A stretch of 64,000 bases of DNA from Candidatus Moraniibacteriota bacterium (GTDB lineage Bacteria; Patescibacteriota; Minisyncoccia; Moranbacterales; UBA2206): contig JBAQUL010000026.1 in the NCBI GenBank assembly GCA_049297495.1, forward strand, positions 64,620 to 128,619, in the 5' to 3' direction. Positions within the stretch are counted from its first letter, which is position 1; each line of letters opens with the position of its first letter. Positions 38,510 to 48,520 of this stretch are shown piece after piece. The position numbers and the translations under genes were made by a program. The notes beneath the pieces are model-generated. The model had not been told where the DNA came from and ran no database searches. It saw only the letters and a list, made by a program, of their open reading frames with translations.

Positions 38510-41500
38510 CTATTCAAAATTCTCATAACTCGAAAAGTTCCTATTTTCAATAAGTTTTTCTAGATTTGAAATATTTTTTATAGAAATACTGTTACCAACA
38601 AATGCATAGTCATCCTTTTTGAATCCAACAAAAAATAGCATTTTTGAAAATATTTGTTCAACACTTTTGCGAACCCTCTCTTTTGTGCTTTCTGGCATAC
38701 TAGCTCTCAAGTTCTGATTAAGATACTGGTTGTAATAGAAAGCAATTTCTCTCTCTAAATTTTCTTTCGTCAGCTTCAAATGATTGGGGATTTCTTCAGA
38801 CAACACTTTCTTTGTCCAATCAGTATTACGAAGGCTTGATTCAAAATCTTTTCCTCCAAATTTATTATAAGCGTTCGCCATTCCAATTTGATTATATAGG
38901 GCAAAAATATATCGCCTTGGATCATCAATGGCATTTTTCACTAAATCCCTTTTTAGCTCGAATTGTCCGGCACTATTTTTCATTTCCGTCCGCATTCTCT
39001 TGGCAAGATCAACCTCCTCAGCCATCCCAACCCTCGCATTAAACCCTCCCACCTTGGCGTATAGCTCCGCAGAAAAAGACCCGAGTCCTATATTTGATTT
39101 TCCTCTGGTCCACAATCTATTCAAGCCACTTTGCATCACATATAAAACATGCAGCATTGGAAGTTTTTTGATAACTTCCAGAGGAAGTCTTGATTCGCTC
39201 TTATAAACTGCAACCTTTGGATCCTGAAATCTTTCAATGACAGTCGATAAAAACTGCGAGTTTTTATCCATTGCGTCAGCCCCGCCGGTTCTCATAATTA
39301 ATCGGCTTTTATTTTCAACATTATTCCTTTCCATATTCCGATGCAAAGCCAAATCAGCCATCAGCTTATAAATCTGACCCATAATAGGCCTATCTCCAAA
39401 ATTAAAAGTTTTCCTGACCATATTTACATGATATTCAGGATGTTCTTTTTTAAATCTCTCCACTTCTTGTATTGTTTTATCGTCAAAAGGAATACCATCA
39501 TTCCTCCTGTTAATCAAAACGTTTATCTCAAACAGCTCCGGATTTAACTTTTCACCCTGCTCGTCTTTCTGTTTGACAGAATATTCTTTCAATGTTTGGT
39601 AAATATTTTTTTCCCTATATGCTGGCAAATTTATCGACATTCTACATCCCTCTGACATGGGAGTGGACTGTTTCGCCAACTCAGCCAATTCCCGTCTATC
39701 TTTGCCATACACTCTATCAAGATAATCCTCTTGCATTTTCAGACTATTTCGCTCTCGTTCTTCTGGATTATCAACATATACTCCGTTGCTTTCCGGATGA
39801 GGTTTTTCGCCATAAGGAAGCTCTCTGTACGGATCTTCGCCATATGGATCACTGCCATATGGATCAGAAACGAATGGTCTCTCGAGATAATAACCAGCTC
39901 CGAGCTTTGCATCTTTTTCCATCGGCCTCCGCCCCGCCATCGGAATAACAAATGGCCAATCAACTTCGTAGTCAGATGGGATCATAAATTTTGTGGAATG
40001 CTCAGCCACCTGGAGGAACGTGCTTGTTTTGTCCACAGCCGGGATGTCGATAACATCACGGATTGGTCCAAGACCATCCCCGGTGTGAGTGGCAAGGATG
40101 CCCATTTGCTCGACGCCGTTTTTCATGCCCAACGATTGCGCCACTTCCGCAAATTTTCCTTTGAACACCGCATGTCCCTTGGCGTCCATTCCAAATAACA
40201 ATTTTCCATTCTCACTGTTTGGATCAATGCTGATATGCCCCTGCGCATCAATCGGCACTTCAATTACATTGTTTTGCGTACCACGCGTCAATGAGAATAA
40301 CATTTTCATTTTTCCCTCACCCATCAGCTTTTGCGCATCAGCGGAAAGACCACTATGAAAAGAGCCATCTTTTGTCATATGCGAAATATCCATCACAAAT
40401 TTCCCACTCTTATCAATCCCCGTTCCATGCACCCCACCCCAGCGTAATTTCAATTCATTATGATCAAATTTTGGTTTCGGCGTATCATTGTCATACCAAA
40501 GCCGACTGATCCGATGAAATTTGTCGGTATGCTTTGCGACATATTCTTTTGGATCGAAAATATATTCTTGATGCTTGGCATCAGAGATGTGCTCCGTAAC
40601 ATTTCCCCAACTCACGCCTCTTTGTGTCAGGGCGTCTTTCGCTTCTTGTGAAAGCGAACCATCTGAATTGAGTTTCAAATTTTCAATGGAAATATTACCA
40701 CCCGGCCCTTTTGGTCCAATCAAGTCATATGTTCCAGCGGGATTTTTTACAAAACTAAATCCTTGTGGTAAGTTGTAATTTGAATTACCAATAATCCTTT
40801 GATCCAAAATTCCCTTGCCAGGAATACCAATCGGCACGGCGTCAGCGGTAATCCCCTGACCCTGCAACAAACGCAGGCTCTCGTCGGTCAACGTTCCATC
40901 CGGTTTCAATTTTAGCCCGGAAAGCATCATATCTTGCCCGCGCATCAAATTCAGTCCTGTTGGACCGTTTTGCAGCGCAAATCCTTTTGGCAAACTAAAA
41001 TGATTCTGTCCAACAATTGTTTCTGCATATGGGCCGCCATAATTTTGATGCAGCTCGCCCGTAAACATTCGTCGCACATATTCCAAAGATGTATAACGTG
41101 GCACCGGAGTTGGCTCAGGAAGACCGGAAGGCACATCCGCCGCATGAGCAGAATTTGGAGTGAAAACTCCTTCAGAGCCATTCCAAATTGTCGCCACTTC
41201 TTGCACTGCCATTCCAACGCCGACCCCAATTGCAACTCCTTTCACAACCGCTTTCGCCACTTTCAACCGCTTCATTTTATTGAAAGCTTTATCTTTTTGC
41301 TCTTTTTCTTTCGAAAATTTATCCTCAAACTCAATCTCTTTTGCCAAAAACAGGTAATCTTTGAACCCGGCCTCATCCTCAAAAGGTAGATTAATCTCAA
41401 CTTTACCGGCTTTTTTTTCGGCCAAAAGTTTCCTTACATAAACCTTTGCTTCCGCTCTCAGTCTGTCAAGTTGCGTTCTCTCTTTTTCGATTGATTTCAC

Positions 41501-42694
41501 ATCGCTATAATGAATGAGATCAATATTTGAACGATCAGAAAAAGTAATCCGACCTTCCACCTCATTGAGCCTCGCGAGTAACAGATCAAAACTTGCTTTT
41601 TGTGGGTCAGCTTTTAGTCTTTCCAAACTCGTTTCCAAATCGTGCGCTAATCCAGACGCACTTTTGGTTTCATATTGAAATTGTTCCATCTCCGCCCGTC
41701 TTTCCGCGCCTTTTTCAAATGTTTTTCCCCGCGCCCGCTCCCGAGCATGCTGAGCTCTTTCTTCTTTCAGGCGCTTATTTTCCCTCGCCCCAGCTACCGC
41801 GCCACCGATACCGGCGCTAATACCAAAGCCAAGCGGCCCTAATATTTTTGAAGCGGCGCGAGCACCACCCAATGCCACTTTTGTGCCAAGTGCATACACA
41901 GCTGAAACAGCGGCAGCAACCGTCGCCTCATTAGCAATGCTACCGATAAATTTTATTTTTTGAATCTTCTCAATCCAACGATCAACCCGATTAAACTGCG
42001 CTTCGGTCCGCTCTCCTGAGCGCGCCCGGCCAACAACAATGTCAAAATCAGTATCCAGCTCTTCGAGCTTCGCTCCATGTTCGATTGATTGACGCAATTG
42101 CTTAGCAATCTCCAAAAGATTATCTGCATACATCTTACCTTTCCGAGCAATTGCCTCTCCAGATTCGCCCTTTATCTCTTGCAACTCCTGACTGAATACC
42201 GCGTTTTTTTCCAAAACAAACTGCTCATCAGATAAGTTCCCCTTCGCATAATCCTGAACCAGTCCTTGGATGCGTTTTTTCAATTCCCCTCCTTCTTGCG
42301 AATCACTGCTAATCGTTTTTTTCTCCTCTCCTTCATGAATCATTTCTTCCTCATACTCACTTGCAAAGCGCTCCATTACCGATCCCATTGCCAAGTCGTG
42401 TGCTTCTTTTCCTAATCTTTCGTTTACATACACATTGCCACTCTCTTCAATTTTCTTTCTGGCAATAAATACTTCTTTCTGTCGAAAATATTCATGAAAT
42501 AAATTATGCTTCCAAACCCTCGTCAAAAGACCCTTGAAACCACGCAGGCTTTCCTTATTTTCCGTCATCTTCGCCTCCGCCGCCGTGAACGCCTCCCGCT
42601 CCAACGCGTCGGAAGTATCCACGATTGTAACTTTAATTTTTTTTGGAGCATTCTCCTGGCCATAAGGAGCCGGTACGTTTTCATTGTAGGGCAT
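38510..42694 (-). CDS. Large multidomain protein (1394 aa): N-terminal coiled-coil, two Gly-zipper hydrophobic segments, repeated LPxGF..LKLxxDGxL modules, (DPYG)n repeats, C-terminal possible GT-A glycosyltransferase-like domain
   Basis: Hydrophobic Gly-rich helices (AAVSAVYALGTKVALGGARAASKILGPLGFGISAGIGGAVAGA and AVVKGVAIGVGVGMAVQEVATIW). Repeats (LPKGFALQNGPTGLNLMRGQDMMLSGLKLKPDGTLTDESL and LPQGFSFVKNPAGTYDLIGP...NLKLNSDGSLSQEA). The repeat stretch SDPYGSDPYGEDPYRELPYGEKP. The C-terminal SINLPAYREKNIYQTLKEY resembles the GT2 N-terminal motif (tentative). Confidence 0.6.
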   Translation of the reverse strand: MPYNENVPAPYGQENAPKKIKVTIVDTSDALEREAFTAAEAKMTENKESLRGFKGLLTRVWKHNLFHEYFRQKEVFIARKKIEESGNVYVNERLGKEAHDLAMGSVMERFASEYEEEMIHEGEEKKTISSDSQEGGELKKRIQGLVQDYAKGNLSDEQFVLEKNAVFSQELQEIKGESGEAIARKGKMYADNLLEIAKQLRQSIEHGAKLEELDTDFDIVVGRARSGERTEAQFNRVDRWIEKIQKIKFIGSIANEATVAAAVSAVYALGTKVALGGARAASKILGPLGFGISAGIGGAVAGARENKRLKEERAQHARERARGKTFEKGAERRAEMEQFQYETKSASGLAHDLETSLERLKADPQKASFDLLLARLNEVEGRITFSDRSNIDLIHYSDVKSIEKERTQLDRLRAEAKVYVRKLLAEKKAGKVEINLPFEDEAGFKDYLFLAKEIEFEDKFSKEKEQKDKAFNKMKRLKVAKAVVKGVAIGVGVGMAVQEVATIWNGSEGVFTPNSAHAADVPSGLPEPTPVPRYTSLEYVRRMFTGELHQNYGGPYAETIVGQNHFSLPKGFALQNGPTGLNLMRGQDMMLSGLKLKPDGTLTDESLRLLQGQGITADAVPIGIPGKGILDQRIIGNSNYNLPQGFSFVKNPAGTYDLIGPKGPGGNISIENLKLNSDGSLSQEAKDALTQRGVSWGNVTEHISDAKHQEYIFDPKEYVAKHTDKFHRISRLWYDNDTPKPKFDHNELKLRWGGVHGTGIDKSGKFVMDISHMTKDGSFHSGLSADAQKLMGEGKMKMLFSLTRGTQNNVIEVPIDAQGHISIDPNSENGKLLFGMDAKGHAVFKGKFAEVAQSLGMKNGVEQMGILATHTGDGLGPIRDVIDIPAVDKTSTFLQVAEHSTKFMIPSDYEVDWPFVIPMAGRRPMEKDAKLGAGYYLERPFVSDPYGSDPYGEDPYRELPYGEKPHPESNGVYVDNPEERERNSLKMQEDYLDRVYGKDRRELAELAKQSTPMSEGCRMSINLPAYREKNIYQTLKEYSVKQKDEQGEKLNPELFEINVLINRRNDGIPFDDKTIQEVERFKKEHPEYHVNMVRKTFNFGDRPIMGQIYKLMADLALHRNMERNNVENKSRLIMRTGGADAMDKNSQFLSTVIERFQDPKVAVYKSESRLPLEVIKKLPMLHVLYVMQSGLNRLWTRGKSNIGLGSFSAELYAKVGGFNARVGMAEEVDLAKRMRTEMKNSAGQFELKRDLVKNAIDDPRRYIFALYNQIGMANAYNKFGGKDFESSLRNTDWTKKVLSEEIPNHLKLTKENLEREIAFYYNQYLNQNLRASMPESTKERVRKSVEQIFSKMLFFVGFKKDDYAFVGNSISIKNISNLEKLIENRNFSSYENFE

Positions 42695-42720
42695 ATGTTT
42701 TCATTTCAAAACTAATTTAA

Positions 42721-43032
42721 TTATTCCCCAGTACCTAAATAGGTATTACGAAAAGCTAAAAGTTCTCCAGCGATTAGCTGGTCCATGTTCCCAATCTTTT
42801 CATGGCAATATGTTGAAATAGCCTCAGGATCACCAGCGTCCAATAGCGCATCAAATTCATCCGCATTTTCCTCCGGTAAATTATTCAGAATCACAGCATT
42901 AATCCTGTCCTCCACTCGCAAATAAAGATCTTCCTGAATTTGACTTAAAACTTCCGGCAAAAGATTCTCAAATTTTTTCTCCGCAACCAGCTGAGAAACA
43001 AACTGCTCAATCGCATCGCTTTTATTTTCCAT
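42721..43032 (-). CDS. Small acidic hypothetical protein (103 aa) immediately upstream of the 1394-aa gene
   Basis: The ORF ends 27 bp before the large gene start. A TATAAT -10 lies upstream on the minus strand (plus coordinates about 43088-43093). Confidence 0.45.
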   Translation of the reverse strand: MENKSDAIEQFVSQLVAEKKFENLLPEVLSQIQEDLYLRVEDRINAVILNNLPEENADEFDALLDAGDPEAISTYCHEKIGNMDQLIAGELLAFRNTYLGTGE

Positions 43033-43249
43033 ATTTGTTTTTTTTAAGTTTGCTAATTATTAAAAAGTCTCTCTTAACTATTGCGATAATTATACTCCAT
43101 TTCACAACTAGATGCAAAATATAATTAGTTCATTTGTACGGCTTACGCGTTTGCCAAAAATTTAATCATTTTCTGGAAATAAAAAAACAACCAGTGACCC
43201 GTCCCTCCTTTCGTTGGGGTCACTGGTTGTAAAGTTCAAGTTATTGATA

Positions 43250-44350
43250 TCAGGAATTCGCTTGCGACAATAAGCATTTTTCGCGATATGCGGAAAATAG
43301 CGTATCCCGCTTGAAAATTACCCGCACATCAGAAACATATTGACGGATATTTTCTATCCCACCCTCCTGACGGTCCACGAGGATAACAACGCATACAACA
43401 TCCAATCCGTCGGCCCTCGCTCTTTCAATCGCCTTTATAGTTGAACCTCCGGTCGTTGCCACATCGTCAATGACGCATGCCCTATCACCGGGATGAATAT
43501 CTCCCTCAACCCACTTAATAATACCATGCGCTTTCTGGTCCTTGCGAATTGAAAAAGAGTTTATCGGTTTTCGCTTCAATTGGGATGTGTAGGAGACGCT
43601 GTTTGCAATTGGGTCAGCACCAAATGTTAGACCCCCCACCGCAACCAAATCTTCTACATCAGCAATTGCATCAAAAATCAAATTTCCCGCTAAAAACATT
43701 CCTCGAGAACCAAGGGTTGCAGGCTTACAATTGCAATAAAAGTTACTCATAGCACCACTGACCAGCTTGAAGATTGGTTCTTCTGAATACTTAAATGATT
43801 TTTCGAGAAGTATTTCCAGGAATTCCTTTTTAAAACCAAATAGGGATTGTTCGACGATTTCCCTGAGATCCTTTCTTGCTCCCATGTCCAGTTCGCCATA
43901 ATCCTTCTCCAGTCTCATTGAAACCTGCTCCAACTTCGGATAGAGCTCGTAAAAATACTTCGAGACTTCCAGCAGTCTTTGCAAGTATCCATGATAATTA
44001 AATCCTGAAAAATCATCTTTTCTGACAATTCTTTTTTCATATTGCAAAGCTTCTTGGATCCAACCCCCAAATTTTCCCTCCTCCCACAGGGGGCGTTCAT
44101 CCCTCATTTTTCCTGGATGAAACCGAAACTCAAGTTTCTCATCATGTTGTCCATATTTTGCAATAATAACAATATCTGCCGGATCGACATATAAACGAGC
44201 TGTACCGCTATAAACCTCCGGGGTTATTTTTTGTCCTTCATCCGAAAGAATTCCAGCCATCAACGATAGATACCCCACAAGTTCGTCTGATGGAATGGCT
44301 CCTTCTATCGATTTGCCGAGTAAAAGTTCTTTAAAGCCATCCTTTTTCAT
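43250..44350 (-). CDS. pyrE: Orotate phosphoribosyltransferase-like protein with about 180-aa N-terminal extension of unknown function
   Basis: The C-terminal half aligns to OPRTase (FKLVSGAMSNFYCNCK, PRPP-binding ACVIDDVATTGGSTIKA, VVCVVILVDRQEGG). The N-terminal 180 aa has no recognisable domain. Confidence 0.65.
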   Translation of the reverse strand: MKKDGFKELLLGKSIEGAIPSDELVGYLSLMAGILSDEGQKITPEVYSGTARLYVDPADIVIIAKYGQHDEKLEFRFHPGKMRDERPLWEEGKFGGWIQEALQYEKRIVRKDDFSGFNYHGYLQRLLEVSKYFYELYPKLEQVSMRLEKDYGELDMGARKDLREIVEQSLFGFKKEFLEILLEKSFKYSEEPIFKLVSGAMSNFYCNCKPATLGSRGMFLAGNLIFDAIADVEDLVAVGGLTFGADPIANSVSYTSQLKRKPINSFSIRKDQKAHGIIKWVEGDIHPGDRACVIDDVATTGGSTIKAIERARADGLDVVCVVILVDRQEGGIENIRQYVSDVRVIFKRDTLFSAYREKCLLSQANS

Positions 44351-44400
44351 CTCTACATCTTTCCTTTCGCCCCAACTTTTCAGTCGAGGCTACACAGCCA

Positions 44401-45591
44401 TTAAAAGGGATACCGAATTCCGGCGTCGATAACCTGAGGCAAATTAAACGCCTCTTCCTCGAGAGCGCGATGCTCGCCGATGGCGCGATCAAGATCTGCT
44501 TCCAGGTTGTTAACGTCACCGCTCCCACCATATTCCGTTTTCCAGGGAAAAAGGTTATTACGCGAACTGCTCCAGATGCCGCCTGTCCCGTTGAGCTTTT
44601 TGTCATCATCTCGTCTGAGCTCCAGGATAACTTTCTTGTACGGAATCAGAGGATCTTTTGCGAGTTTTTCTTTGCTCTGAGCGCCAAAACCCGGGTTTAC
44701 ACTCGTGTGTGTCGGAAACATTTTCCGAATCGATCCGTCGCAGAAGTTGGTAGCACCCACAACCAAGCCCAGATGAGAAACGCCGCCTTCTTCGAGACCA
44801 TGTTTTTCGGACAGATCCCTGGCATCCATGGCATTTTTCAAGTATAGTGCCATTTCTACGTTTCCTTCTGTCTTCACGAGTAAATCCTGATACTGCTTGC
44901 CGGAAGGATTGCTGGTTTTATTTACATACACCAGACCCTTGCCTTCGCGCAGGAGATTGAGACCGATCATGGATTTTTTGGTACCATCTTTTCCCACATC
45001 TTCCAGACACATCGCATCCTCGCCCATCCATGGGCTCGGGTTGGTCACATCGAAATTGAACGGGGAATGGTTAATACCCCAGGACTTCAAGAGATTTCCG
45101 AGATAGCCCAGAAAATATCCGCCCTGAGTGAGAGAAACGTCTCCCGGTTTTGCATCGATAATCGCGATCAGTCGCCGCCCGACATCTTCCGACAGAGTTT
45201 CAATCTTTCTTCGGAGCCGCTGCAACAAAAACATGCCCGCCGGACCGAATTGAATGTAAAGCCCAAACTGTGGCTTAAATACACCCAGATTACACTTCAG
45301 GACAGATAGTTCGAGGACATAGAATAAATAGTCCTCAATCGCAGCCAGGAGGCCGGCGTATTTGGAACGCTCCGCGCCTATCAGACCTTCCAGGGAAACG
45401 ACTCTCTCATAGAATCCATAGGACTCTGTGCCTGCAGCGATTTGACCACCATTGCGAAAACCATAAATTGCCATGTTGGCCGCCCAGGTGTTTTGAGCAA
45501 GATCTTTTTGCGGATGAATATCAAATCCCCCGCAATAAAGTGTTTTGCTCGCTTTTTGCACATCAACCAAATCAAGAAATGCGTGATTCAT
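44401..45591 (-). CDS. pyrF: Orotidine-5'-phosphate decarboxylase, type 2 (long form with extensions)
   Basis: VFKPQFGLY, IIDAKPGDVSLT (the DxKxGD catalytic motif of type-2 ODCase), and DVTNPSPWMGEDAM. The AGGAG ribosome-binding site is 7 nt before ATG 45591. At about 396 aa it is longer than typical type-2 PyrF. Confidence 0.7.
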   Translation of the reverse strand: MNHAFLDLVDVQKASKTLYCGGFDIHPQKDLAQNTWAANMAIYGFRNGGQIAAGTESYGFYERVVSLEGLIGAERSKYAGLLAAIEDYLFYVLELSVLKCNLGVFKPQFGLYIQFGPAGMFLLQRLRRKIETLSEDVGRRLIAIIDAKPGDVSLTQGGYFLGYLGNLLKSWGINHSPFNFDVTNPSPWMGEDAMCLEDVGKDGTKKSMIGLNLLREGKGLVYVNKTSNPSGKQYQDLLVKTEGNVEMALYLKNAMDARDLSEKHGLEEGGVSHLGLVVGATNFCDGSIRKMFPTHTSVNPGFGAQSKEKLAKDPLIPYKKVILELRRDDDKKLNGTGGIWSSSRNNLFPWKTEYGGSGDVNNLEADLDRAIGEHRALEEEAFNLPQVIDAGIRYPF

Positions 45592-45841
45592 CAGACTTCT
45601 CCTTTCCAACTAGAGGTTAGTGAAAACTTATTACATGACATATCAACAACTGCAAAAGCAGTATTGTTTTTTCAATTGGAAACGAACTAAGAAAAAATCC
45701 CCAAAAGGGACCTTTTCTTTCTAAAAACGAACTACTACCAAATTAGCCTTAATTGAGTGATTAGTCAAATGGCTGCGAAAAGCGAAAAAAGACGACCAAG
45801 CACCCTTTTTTCTTGCAAAAAATAGCACCACAATCCCAATC

Positions 45842-47671
45842 CTAGACAATACGCACCACATTTTCCAATTTAACCTTCCCCATAACATGCAACTCGGAAA
45901 TTGCCCGAGTGAGCGCCACATAGAGCAAGTCTTTTTCGATTCTTTTTTTCCCTTCTGCCAATTCCGCGTATGCACCATCTTCATAACTAACTGACAAATC
46001 CCTCCCAATTCCCACCAAAACAACCACATCAAATTCCACGCCCTGCGCTTCGTTCATGGTCATGACATGGATTTTTTGATTCGCCAAAAAAGCCTTTCTG
46101 AAATCCGCCAAATATGCGCCTTCCTTAGCTAAGATTCCCATACTGGCAAATTTACTCTTTTTGATTATTTTTTCAATTTGCTCAATTTCAGTGTTTTTAG
46201 TTTCCAAGACATATTCCCCCACCTCCGCTCCAATCCTCAACTGCTCAGGAATTTCAATCACATAACCCAATTTTCGAATAAACTGTAAAATATTTTTCGT
46301 ATTGCGATAGACTTTCTCCAAAACGACTTTTCTTTCTGCTTTCATTTTTTCTTCAATCTCCTCCCACTGACGAATCGTTCCCAATTTCACTTGCTGAGCC
46401 ATATCGCCGACATAAAGCGCGGCTTGTGTTTTTTTATTTATGCATGCTTTCACTAACTTCAATTGATCCGGCAAGTAATTCTGAAACTCATCAATAACGG
46501 CCAGCGAGTATTCCAAGTTAATCGGTCCTCTTTTCTTTTTCAGCTTGCCATTTTTTTGCTCAACATAATAATCCCGCACCACATTCAATTCCCCATTGTT
46601 TTTCTGAAATATTTTTAAAAGCACCGTAAGATCAATCCGGTCATACAGATTTTCCCCACTTTGACGCCGAAACAACACTTTCTGTTTTTCATCAAAATAC
46701 GTGCCATATATCTTCTCTAGCGCCAAAAAAGTATTCGTTGTGCGATAGGTCTCTTTTGACATTTTCTTCAAAGCTTTTAATTTTTGAAATTCATACAAAT
46801 CCTTCTCCCGCTCGAAACTTCCATAGCGATCAATAGCGTTCCCCTTGACACCCAAAATCTCAAACGCCCACTCAAAAAAAGTAGTTATTTTCACATCAGA
46901 AATCCCCAGCTCAGGGAGAAGGTGAGAAAAATATTCTTTCGTTCCATTGTCTTGGACAAAAACAACAATTGATTTTCCCGTGTAAATCTGCGCCAGATCA
47001 GGCGATTGCGCCAGATAGGCCACGCGATGCAATGCCAACGTCGTCTTTCCACTTCCTGCCGGACCGGAAATAAGAAATGGTCCAGCATGGTGAGCTCGAA
47101 TCACCGAATCTTGCGCTTTTTCCATCTGCGCCACAATTTCCGGTAAAATAAATCCGCTTTTCTGAGTGGAAAAATATTCTTCATAGACAAGTTCTCTTGG
47201 CGCATCGATTGCCTCGCTAGAGAGAAATTTCAGCTTCCCCGCCACAATCATATATTGATCTTTTCGCAAAAGCCTGGCTTTTTGCAGCGTGCCATCAGGC
47301 CGCTTATAGCAAACATCGCCCGGCTTTTCAAAACGCATCACCGAGGCTGGCGTTACCCAGGAATAAATCGCTTCTTTATCGAAACCAAATTTGGCGAAAT
47401 ATATGCTCGACTCTGTTTCGTCATTTTGAAACACAACATCACAGCGCACAAAATAGGGTGATGTTTTCAAATGCTCAAGTTCGTCAGTTCTTTTCTTTCC
47501 AAAAGCGATGACACTGCGCTCCACGATTTGATCGCCATAGGAAAGACTACTGAAACGCTCTTCACTCAGTTTCAGAGTTTTTTGCAGTTCTTTGTAACTC
47601 TTTTTTATACCCACGAAAACTTCGGCCAAATGCTCTCTGGCCGCGAAAAGAATTTTTTCTTTATTATTCAT
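45842..47671 (-). CDS. UvrD/Rep-family ATP-dependent DNA helicase, HelD-like
   Basis: Walker A (LISGPAGSGKTT). Motif II (AVIDEFQNY). C-terminal (VMTMNEAQGVEFDVVVLVGIG). A HelD-like N-terminal region. Confidence 0.75.
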   Translation of the reverse strand: MNNKEKILFAAREHLAEVFVGIKKSYKELQKTLKLSEERFSSLSYGDQIVERSVIAFGKKRTDELEHLKTSPYFVRCDVVFQNDETESSIYFAKFGFDKEAIYSWVTPASVMRFEKPGDVCYKRPDGTLQKARLLRKDQYMIVAGKLKFLSSEAIDAPRELVYEEYFSTQKSGFILPEIVAQMEKAQDSVIRAHHAGPFLISGPAGSGKTTLALHRVAYLAQSPDLAQIYTGKSIVVFVQDNGTKEYFSHLLPELGISDVKITTFFEWAFEILGVKGNAIDRYGSFEREKDLYEFQKLKALKKMSKETYRTTNTFLALEKIYGTYFDEKQKVLFRRQSGENLYDRIDLTVLLKIFQKNNGELNVVRDYYVEQKNGKLKKKRGPINLEYSLAVIDEFQNYLPDQLKLVKACINKKTQAALYVGDMAQQVKLGTIRQWEEIEEKMKAERKVVLEKVYRNTKNILQFIRKLGYVIEIPEQLRIGAEVGEYVLETKNTEIEQIEKIIKKSKFASMGILAKEGAYLADFRKAFLANQKIHVMTMNEAQGVEFDVVVLVGIGRDLSVSYEDGAYAELAEGKKRIEKDLLYVALTRAISELHVMGKVKLENVVRIV

Positions 47672-48013
47672 AAACTTAGAAACTTACACGTAAGTCCCAG
47701 AAAAAGTTCGCACGTTCGTCTTTTTTAGCATCCGAGGCTTCCAGTAGACCAGTAAGGGCACACTAAAATGAGGAAACCGTGCTCTCGAGAATTTTTTTTT
47801 GGGGCTTATGTGCAAGTAGTAGAGATAAAAAAAACGACTTAATTAATTATAAGCTCGGAAATTGCCCAACTGGATACAATTTGTTCCGAGTTTTCATCAA
47901 GTCGACTTCAAGTAGAAACTATTATTTTTTTCGCGCAAGTTTATTTCAGTTATTAAATAGTAGCATATTGGGGAAATTTAGGCAAATTACAAAATAATTT
48001 CAGCAGAACGGTC

Positions 48014-48520
48014 CTATTTTCCTCGCATCGCCTTTCCCATCAGCATTCCGGTTAGAAGCGAGAAGGCAAGCACATAGAAAGCAAACACGAAAGAAAAACG
48101 CCAACCGAAATAATAGGCAATCACAGGCAGATAGGCCAACTGCACATTACGATTACTCATAAAAACCGCAATGAGCGAATATTTCATTCCTTCCTTGCGC
48201 AACTCCCCTAGCAATGGAAACAGTACGTATGACGGACCCGAAATAACAATCGAACCAATAATTGCATAAACCCAACCTTTAATTCCAGAGTTACGACCAA
48301 GTTGCCGTTTGACCATTTTCGGCTTGACAAAAACGAAACTGAAAAACATTACCAAATATACAATGAGGAGAATCGGCAGCACATGGGAAAAGGTAACCAG
48401 AAAATTTCCAAAAACACCCGCAACAAACTCAGGCTCAGTCAAAGCTGAAACTCCATAGATAAACAACACGATAAACAGAAATATCATCCCATTGGGAATT
48501 TTTAAAATTCGGTCCGACAT
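48014..48520 (-). CDS. Predicted permease, membrane subunit B (multi-TM)
   Basis: All-hydrophobic 168-aa ORF. It is start-overlapped (ATGA) with the upstream membrane gene. It is likely a two-gene permease. Confidence 0.45.
   Translation of the reverse strand: MSDRILKIPNGMIFLFIVLFIYGVSALTEPEFVAGVFGNFLVTFSHVLPILLIVYLVMFFSFVFVKPKMVKRQLGRNSGIKGWVYAIIGSIVISGPSYVLFPLLGELRKEGMKYSLIAVFMSNRNVQLAYLPVIAYYFGWRFSFVFAFYVLAFSLLTGMLMGKAMRGK

Noticed and set aside
44331-46032. ORFs 44331-44609 (-) and 45721-46032 (-) overlapping pyrE/pyrF and helicase ends
   Set aside because: They are out-of-frame overlaps with well-supported genes and have no motifs.
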